Shown here piece by piece: positions 14,402-20,000 of a stretch of 20,000 nt of DNA. Both the position numbers and the translations under genes were made by a program. The notes beneath the pieces were generated by a model. That model ran no database searches, had not been told where the DNA came from, and worked only from the letters and a program-made list of their open reading frames with translations. Position 1 is the first letter of the stretch. Each line of letters starts with the position of its first letter. Source of the stretch: an uncultured virus (IMG/VR IMGVR_UViG_3300042342_001499) (Duplodnaviria; Heunggongvirae; Uroviricota; Caudoviricetes); IMG/VR virus record IMGVR_UViG_3300042342_001499, one strand, 5' to 3'.

Positions 14402-15277
14402 TTATTCTTCGTTTACCGCAATGGTGTTTTTAATGCGCTCAGCAAATTCGTAATTCTCGTCTTGAACTGCCATCTGCTCCATAACCTCTAGAACCACTTT
14501 CGGAAATTCATCAAGTACGCCTTTATCATACACATAGCGTATTGAATTAATCTCGTAATCTTCTAACTCGTCAGCAGTCTCAGCTTCAATCTCATATAAA
14601 CGGTCAAGGAACCATTCAGGAGAGCCTTGAATATCTGCGGCTAATTCATGAGCTTCATTTGAACCACCCTCCGGTGTGTACTCTTCGACTAAATCTCCTG
14701 CTTGAAATGTGTACTCGCCGCAATTGTGACCAAAGTCCTCATCCGCATATCTCATACTAATAACTGCTTCCGGATACTTACGGCTTAAAGCCTCTATTAC
14801 TGGATAAGGTGTACTCCACGCGGTTTCAAATGCGATCTCGTTACTTCCTTCGTCTGACGACTGAGAGTAAGCGTTCCATTTAGTACCCCAGTTAGCATTA
14901 CTCCATGAGTACCAATCTTGGTGTCCGTATAATCTCACGTTATCCAAAGCCTTCTGAGCCTCTTCTAAATTAGCAAGCCCCTTATCACACATATGCGTGA
15001 TTAAATCATCCTCTGTCGCAAACTCAGTCGCCCAATTGAACTCCATTATCTTTCTGATATCGGAAGGGTCACCTGCACGCCACTTTAAAATAGCAATGCC
15101 ATTACTTGTGGAACTACCACTTGTGATATTTAATGTGTCCGGACGAGGTACGATTTTATTGAAATCAATAAACCTAGGCTCTCCGTCTTCATATTCACCA
15201 GCGATCTCTGATTTAATTCTAGCGACTAATTCTTCTGGTCCTGTGATTGTTAAAATGTTCGTTACGTGATTTGGCAT
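14402..15277 (-). CDS. YubB/DUF1281-like ferredoxin-fold protein with C-terminal UVR-like motif
   Basis: MPNHVTNILTITG, DFNKIVPRP, WYSWSNANWGTKWNA, FETAWSTP; ends MAVQDENYEFAERIKNTI. Confidence 0.8.
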   Translation of the reverse strand: MPNHVTNILTITGPEELVARIKSEIAGEYEDGEPRFIDFNKIVPRPDTLNITSGSSTSNGIAILKWRAGDPSDIRKIMEFNWATEFATEDDLITHMCDKGLANLEEAQKALDNVRLYGHQDWYSWSNANWGTKWNAYSQSSDEGSNEIAFETAWSTPYPVIEALSRKYPEAVISMRYADEDFGHNCGEYTFQAGDLVEEYTPEGGSNEAHELAADIQGSPEWFLDRLYEIEAETADELEDYEINSIRYVYDKGVLDEFPKVVLEVMEQMAVQDENYEFAERIKNTIAVNEE

Positions 15278-16229
15278 ATTCCTTTGTTTAATTGGTTAAG
15301 ACAAATATATAGAATTTTCTACAAAGAAAAAAATGATTCCTTAAATTTTTAATTCTTTTTCAAGCCACATAAATAAATGATTTAATTCATCCCTTCCTAT
15401 CCCATTAATAATCGGTATAACTTGTTTTCCTATTCTTGAAGCATTGAAGAATAACTTTCTGTAGGAGTCGTCACTTATAGAATACAATTGGGGAGTATAG
15501 AGATGAAACAGAAAACTTGGTTTTATTAATTCAGCAAGTCTTTCAGAAGTGATTACTTTACTTTCGACCAAAGAATAAGTATATGTAAATTCACCATTGT
15601 CATCTGTGGCTTCTTTAGAAAATTCAAATTTATTTTTTTTAATCTTCCTTAATTTCTTAATTCTATCTTTTCCGTAATCATCATTATATTCTCTTTCCCA
15701 TTCAGTTTCTTTTTCTAAAAGACCTTTGAGCTGCTTTTCGTCAACCACATCTTTGGAAACAATAATGAAATAATTAACCACTTCTTCGTCTATATCTCTA
15801 TAATCGTCCTCCTCTTTTCTGCATTCTTCAACCAAAGAGATAATTAGCTCCTTGTTTTCATCCTTTAAAGCTTGTAGCTTTACTTGGAGCTCTTTTTGGT
15901 CAGCCTTCTTACTTGATAGCTTTAGACTCTCAATAGCTTTAATAGCTTTAGTCTCTATATCGACGTCTAATATATCTGCCATTTCTAAAAGATTAATACC
16001 TAAAGAAACACAAAGATCATCTAATATAGCCATTGGTATAGAAGTAGGACTGGTCTTTAGCGAATCTAAAAGATCTTCATTTATAGAAATTTGATCTCTC
16101 TCGATGTTTGCTAAAGCAATTTTAGAAATCCCTTTTTTTAATGCTTTAATTTTTTCGTATTTTTCCATATTCCTTTGTTTAATTGGTTAACTCAAATATA
16201 TGGAATTTTCTACAAAGAAAAAAATGATT
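15275..16229. repeat. 64-bp direct repeat (15275-15338 and 16166-16229, 3 mismatches) flanking gene 15341..16168; each copy is promoter, leader and ATG
   Basis: CATATTCCTTTGTTTAATTGGTTAA(GA/CT)CAAATATAT(A/G)GAATTTTCTACAAAGAAAAAAATGATT. Confidence 0.9.
15341..16168 (-). CDS. hypothetical protein, possible N-terminal XRE-like HTH plus coiled coil
   Basis: IPMAILDDLCVSLGINLLEM resembles the C-terminal helices of XRE; K/E-rich central helix. Confidence 0.7.
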   Translation of the reverse strand: MEKYEKIKALKKGISKIALANIERDQISINEDLLDSLKTSPTSIPMAILDDLCVSLGINLLEMADILDVDIETKAIKAIESLKLSSKKADQKELQVKLQALKDENKELIISLVEECRKEEDDYRDIDEEVVNYFIIVSKDVVDEKQLKGLLEKETEWEREYNDDYGKDRIKKLRKIKKNKFEFSKEATDDNGEFTYTYSLVESKVITSERLAELIKPSFLFHLYTPQLYSISDDSYRKLFFNASRIGKQVIPIINGIGRDELNHLFMWLEKELKI

Positions 16230-16753
16230 TATGACATTTTTGTATCATAACGATTAATCAATTTCAGAATCGTCTCCTGGTGTTTGTACTCGTACACACT
16301 CATAAGGGCTAACCAATAGATATGTTCCACCTTGCCTAATACGATAACATCAGGTGTAGCGAAAGGTGTTCGATCTGCTGCCACTTGTTGTAGGCTTCGT
16401 AATTGACCGATACCAACTTGAAGTTTCATATGACCTTCGGGATCCACACCGTCTAAAATACGATCCAAAGCAATTCCTGTTTTTGATTCGACCTCTTCAA
16501 CATCCACTCCGAAGAATTCGCCAGATCCTAATTGACCTCCTAAATCCTGATACATCTTATTGTGAATCCGAGACATGTCCCCATACACATTCTGAACATC
16601 GTTCCAGAATAAATCGAACCTCTTCTCACTGCGGTCTAACATATCACCTGCACCATCGAGTATACGTGCCATACGCTTACTCTTATCATTACCACGTGCA
16701 AGGTCATCAACGATACCTCTTAAAGACGCAATTAAAATAGTTTTTGATTCCAT
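16229..16753 (-). CDS. hypothetical protein
   Basis: 174-aa ORF between promoter repeats. Confidence 0.85.
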   Translation of the reverse strand: MESKTILIASLRGIVDDLARGNDKSKRMARILDGAGDMLDRSEKRFDLFWNDVQNVYGDMSRIHNKMYQDLGGQLGSGEFFGVDVEEVESKTGIALDRILDGVDPEGHMKLQVGIGQLRSLQQVAADRTPFATPDVIVLGKVEHIYWLALMSVYEYKHQETILKLINRYDTKMS

Positions 16754-16763
16754 AGTTTCCCCT

Positions 16764-16810
16764 TTTGTTTAAACAAATATAAGAGATTATTCTAAATAAA
16801 AAAAATGATT
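16764..16810 (-). promoter_or_regulatory. early promoter repeat
   Basis: AATCATTTTTTTT...TATATTTG. Confidence 0.75.
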
Positions 16811-16872
16811 CATAGAAATTTCTATAAATTTATCGCGGAATCCGAGCGGCTCGCACTACGGAATCCGACTGC

Positions 16873-16964
16873 CGGATTACACCCTGGGGTTCCCCAAGAA
16901 TTCTGCGGATGCAACGCAGAGAAAATCCGGATGTGGCTGCGGATTACCCACGGGGGTTCCTCAG
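16873..16964. repeat. two CTGRGG-NN-CCYCAG-type palindromes, each preceded by CGGATTAC
   Basis: CTGGGGTTCCCCAA at 16884 and CGGGGGTTCCTCAG at 16951; GAATTCTGCGGATGC follows both the 16884 and 4948 copies. Confidence 0.65.
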
Positions 16965-17005
16965 TCGTCATCGATTCGGTTAGAAATTTCTAAATAAACC
17001 CCCAC

Positions 17006-17033
17006 AAAAAAACCGAGACGAATCTCGGTTTTT
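17006..17033. terminator. intrinsic terminator
   Basis: Minus strand AAAAACCGAGA-TTCG-TCTCGGTTTTTTT. Confidence 0.85.
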
Positions 17034-17088
17034 ACTAACCAATATAAACCTAAACAATATATAAGCGAAACCTGAGTGTGATTTCACA
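17006..17088 (-). ncRNA. candidate ~80-nt small RNA
   Basis: TATATTTG box at 17092-17099 and terminator at 17006-17033, with no ORF between them. Confidence 0.5.
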
Positions 17089-17144
17089 TTGCAAATATAA
17101 CACATTCTTTGCGGATAAAAAAATTTATCTCGGATAAATACAGT

Positions 17145-17576
17145 ATGCGGACAATTAAACTATACGAAAATTTCGGACAAGATCGCCTCGCCTTCTCTAG
17201 CAAGGTGGGTAGGGAAGACACACACCTCACTCTCTATGACGAACCAATGGATATGAGAAATGCATTGATCAATGGCGGAGTGGTTAATTGGGATATTGCT
17301 TTCTCCAAGAAATCATGGGGAATCGCACTAGGTGACACACCCACCACTATCACATCTATGAGATTTGATTACGAAGTGGAAGACGAAGACAATGAGGACG
17401 GAGATTACGTAGAGAAAGAGTGGGAAATCCCAGAAGGTGTCTTCTCTCCTGAGCAATTCACCACAGAGCTTAACAAGTTCCCTCTTTACCTTGAAGCTGT
17501 TGATATCAATATGAGACACACAATGGATCCTAAGTTCTGGAAGATCACTCTCTATTTAGGCGGAGACCAGCATTAA
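17145..17576 (+). CDS. acidic hypothetical protein starting MRTIKLYENF, possibly late or virion-associated
   Basis: Likely ATG at 17145 preceded by GATAAATA (17133-17140); the only complete plus-strand gene I accept. Confidence 0.8.
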   Translation: MRTIKLYENFGQDRLAFSSKVGREDTHLTLYDEPMDMRNALINGGVVNWDIAFSKKSWGIALGDTPTTITSMRFDYEVEDEDNEDGDYVEKEWEIPEGVFSPEQFTTELNKFPLYLEAVDINMRHTMDPKFWKITLYLGGDQH

Positions 17577-17650
17577 TTCTTAGAAATTTCTACAAACATT
17601 ACCCCTTCGCACACGTATCCGCGCGGGGTCCCCACCAGGTCGGTCCTCAC

Positions 17651-17678
17651 AAAAAACCCCAGATCGAAATCCGGGGTT
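17651..17678 (-). terminator. intrinsic terminator
   Basis: Minus strand AACCCCGGAT-TTCG-ATCTGGGGTTTTTT. Confidence 0.85.
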
Positions 17679-17688
17679 AATCAAATAG

Positions 17689-18327
17689 TTATTTACTCAT
17701 CTTAACCTCAGTGCCTTCAGACGTCACACTCACGGTGATGTTAACACCGAACTCTTTAACGATCTGAGCAAGCTGTGTCAATTCTATAGCGTTGCTAGAG
17801 TGGGAAGGCACACTCACATGTGTCTTTACCGATTCCACAATTGCTTCGATAGCTGGAGCAGAGATCGCATTCTCCATTGGCTTACGTACTCGAGTGATGC
17901 CAGTAGGAGTTACAAATCTTGTCTCCGGATCAACAATGAATCCCTCATCGATCAATTGACTCTTATGACAGTAGATAGCTGCAGCACTACGACCTAATAA
18001 ATCAACAGTCTCTTCCACTGTCATCTTACTAAGCACTGCTTCTCTTAACATCTCATCTTCAGCCTGCGTCCATCTTCGATTTGAATTAGGAGTTATTTTA
18101 TTCTGACTAGATTTACGTATCTTACGTCCATTCTTAGTGGTAGGGGTTTTAATAGTGCCATCTGGTAAGTAACGTGTACCTCTCGGTCTCACTTTGTTAC
18201 CTAAGATTCTTCGTAGAGTCTCAGGATTAATGTTATGTGTTAACGCCACTTCTTTCAAAGTTCTGTTACCAGTCACATAGTCTCTGGTTGCTGCAGTCTT
18301 AACTGCCTTGGTGATAATTCTCGCCAT
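17689..18327 (-). CDS. DNA-binding protein with N-terminal HTH and Myb/GcrA-like HTH
   Basis: TLKEVALTHNINPETLRRIL; RWTQAEDEMLREA...ETVDLLGRSAAAI. Confidence 0.75.
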   Translation of the reverse strand: MARIITKAVKTAATRDYVTGNRTLKEVALTHNINPETLRRILGNKVRPRGTRYLPDGTIKTPTTKNGRKIRKSSQNKITPNSNRRWTQAEDEMLREAVLSKMTVEETVDLLGRSAAAIYCHKSQLIDEGFIVDPETRFVTPTGITRVRKPMENAISAPAIEAIVESVKTHVSVPSHSSNAIELTQLAQIVKEFGVNITVSVTSEGTEVKMSK

Positions 18328-18348
18328 TGTTTATTTAGATTTAAAAAG

Positions 18349-18717
18349 TTACATTTCTTCAACAAAGAACATAGCCATAGTGATACGCTTACCATTAGCT
18401 CGTGCTATCTGACGAGCTGCAGATGTCATATCCTTAGCTTGCTCTCTGGTTATTGTTTGCGGTGTATCCGCATGTGAAACCCCAGTAGGGATTTTAACCT
18501 CTTTACCACTTGAGGTCTTCACCTTAGGTGATTTAGTCTTGAACTTGATCTTCTGTGGCTTAACCAATCCCATTTGCGATTTCTGCCATGTCACAGCAGC
18601 TGGTGTGCGTCCTAACTCAGTAGAGATCTCTTCAATAGACTTTCCCTCTTTACTCATCGTCTTTAAAGTCTTACGATCTGACTTGGTCCAAACTGTCCCT
18701 TTCTTATTTGTAATCAT
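18349..18717 (-). CDS. Myb/GcrA-like HTH protein
   Basis: WTKSDRKTLKTM...SIEEISTELGRTPAAVTWQKSQMGL, similar to the second domain of the neighbouring gene. Confidence 0.75.
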   Translation of the reverse strand: MITNKKGTVWTKSDRKTLKTMSKEGKSIEEISTELGRTPAAVTWQKSQMGLVKPQKIKFKTKSPKVKTSSGKEVKIPTGVSHADTPQTITREQAKDMTSAARQIARANGKRITMAMFFVEEM

Positions 18718-18738
18718 ATCTTCTTTTGTGAGTTTGTT

Positions 18739-18790
18739 TTTAATTTGTTATTGCAAATATAGAGACTTCTTATAAAAGAAAAAAAGGATT
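18739..18790 (-). promoter_or_regulatory. first (rightmost) early promoter copy
   Basis: AATCCTTTTTTT...TATATTTGCAATAACAAATTAAA. Confidence 0.7.
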
Positions 18791-19895
18791 CCTAGAAATA
18801 ACTCTCTCACACGAACGCGGGCACGTCACGCGTTTATATAAGAACACAAAGGAAACAAAAGACACTCGGACAAATTCCCGAGAACACCTTCGGGGTTCCC
18901 TGAGTCTCCCCGGGTTTCCCAGAGAATCCCAGATTCTCTAGGTATATCCTCGTGGAGGAGACTCAGGGATTCACACAGAAAAGGAGGTAACCAAAACAAT
19001 CCAGGAACTTCCCAGAAATTCTCTGACAATCCCTGGGATCCACTCGCAGAAAATCTAAGAGAATCCCGGATAGCGAACCAAAAAATTATTCGGGGAGACT
19101 CCGAAGATCCTTTGTAATTCCCCTAGTGAAAAAATAAAAGAAGATCTTGGATTAGATTGGATTCTCACGTGCACGTACACGCAAGGGGACCTGGGGAGGT
19201 CCCACGGGGACACACGTGGAAAGAGGGTTTAACCTTGCGCACTTTGTAGTATATTCTATATTCTTTCCACAAAGTTCCAGGGATCTCCACTAGTCTCCAC
19301 AAATCCCCACTTTCTCTCTCTAATTTCCAGGGAATTTCCAGGAGGGTTCAGAGGGGTTAAGAGGTGGAGATTTACCCTTGCCTGTGGGTCTCTACTATAA
19401 GGGACTTCTCTCATGTACTCTGTATAGAGAGAGGTGTGTGCTTATGTGAGTTCTCTATGTGGGTACTCTCTAGTAGGATGTGCACTTTATTATGTGAATT
19501 ATTTGTTTTGATTAGTTCTGATAAGGTTTCGGGTTATGTGTGTGATATAGTAATGTGTGAGTTCTCTATATAGTGATTGTGTGTCTTCTCTATGTAGGTG
19601 TTGATGTTCTTTACTCTAGTAGAGTTGTTTGTGTTATTAAAGAGCGAGGGCGTGTTTGGGGTTTTCTTTGTGTTTTGTCCCCCCTTCGAAAGGTGAGATT
19701 TTTCTCTGATTTAAGTGTGTGTTTTCCGAGTGTTTTCTGGTGGTTAAATAGAGATTTTTCTATTCCGCGCTTTGTTGAGATTTAGGATAGGTATTCGGGG
19801 CGAACTAGGTATTTCTTATAAATGAGGCGAAAAACCGGGGCAAAACGAGGCAAGTTTATAGGTGCCTGCCTCGGGGTAATGAGGCGATGTGAATA
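18791..19895. other. ~1.1 kb non-coding strand-switch region
   Basis: No credible ORF; palindrome-rich left half and G/T-skewed right half; lies between divergent genes. Confidence 0.65.
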
Positions 19896-19910
19896 ACGAT
19901 ATATAGTGTA

Positions 19911-20000
19911 ATGACACAAGAAGAATTTATCAAGATATTAGACAAGAAAGGTTACTCCTACAAGATAGAAGGAGATAGGATAGTTGTTACTTACGAAGGG
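19911..20000 (+). CDS. partial hypothetical protein (MTQEEFIKILDKKGYSYKIEGDRIVVTYEG...)
   Basis: Open frame to the window edge; GATATATA at 19898-19905 upstream. Confidence 0.7.
   Translation, partial: MTQEEFIKILDKKGYSYKIEGDRIVVTYEG

Noticed and set aside
136..16993. Plus-strand ORFs of 60-144 aa in the ORF track (e.g. 7261..7695, 14001..14357, 16366..16740)
   Set aside because: Almost all are antisense shadows of well-supported minus-strand genes, Ser/Phe/Leu-rich and without expression signals; 16805..16993 spans a repeat-rich spacer.
326..18790. Classical integron attC array
   Set aside because: The repeats lack attC R/L box architecture and a long hairpin, they contain promoters, and no IntI is seen. 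Only the analogy is kept.
18826..19785. ORFs 18826..19029, 19364..19573 and 19573..19785
   Set aside because: Atypical composition caused by local skew, and no promoter or leader of either class.

Overview
AT-rich, gene-dense 20 kb segment that looks like the early (host-takeover/accessory) region of a large lytic phage, probably infecting Bacteroidota. The host call is an inference from TAnnTTTG -7 promoter boxes, A-rich leaders with no Shine-Dalgarno, and a lipoprotein with a T9SS-CTD-like tail. About 38 mostly short ORFs lie on the minus strand. Recognisable products: a MoxR/CobS-type AAA+ ATPase with a vWA partner, a RadA/Sms-like ATPase, a YubB/DUF1281-like protein, two WYL_2/SH3-barrel paralogs, two LRR paralogs and Myb/HTH-like proteins. 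The main structural feature is a ~50-bp promoter-leader repeat (about 25 copies including variants) that divides the region into one- to three-gene cassettes. Two cassettes are flanked by near-perfect direct repeats (49/49 and 61/64 bp), suggesting repeat-mediated gene capture or shuffling. Also present: an ORF-less promoter-to-terminator unit complementary to the shared leader (candidate sRNA), a 130-nt tRNA-like RNA with an expanded anticodon arm, a dispersed 14-bp palindrome CTGRGG-NN-CCYCAG, shared N- and C-terminal peptide modules on unrelated proteins, and a ~1.1 kb non-coding strand-switch region. All family assignments come from motif recognition by eye; no searches were run.
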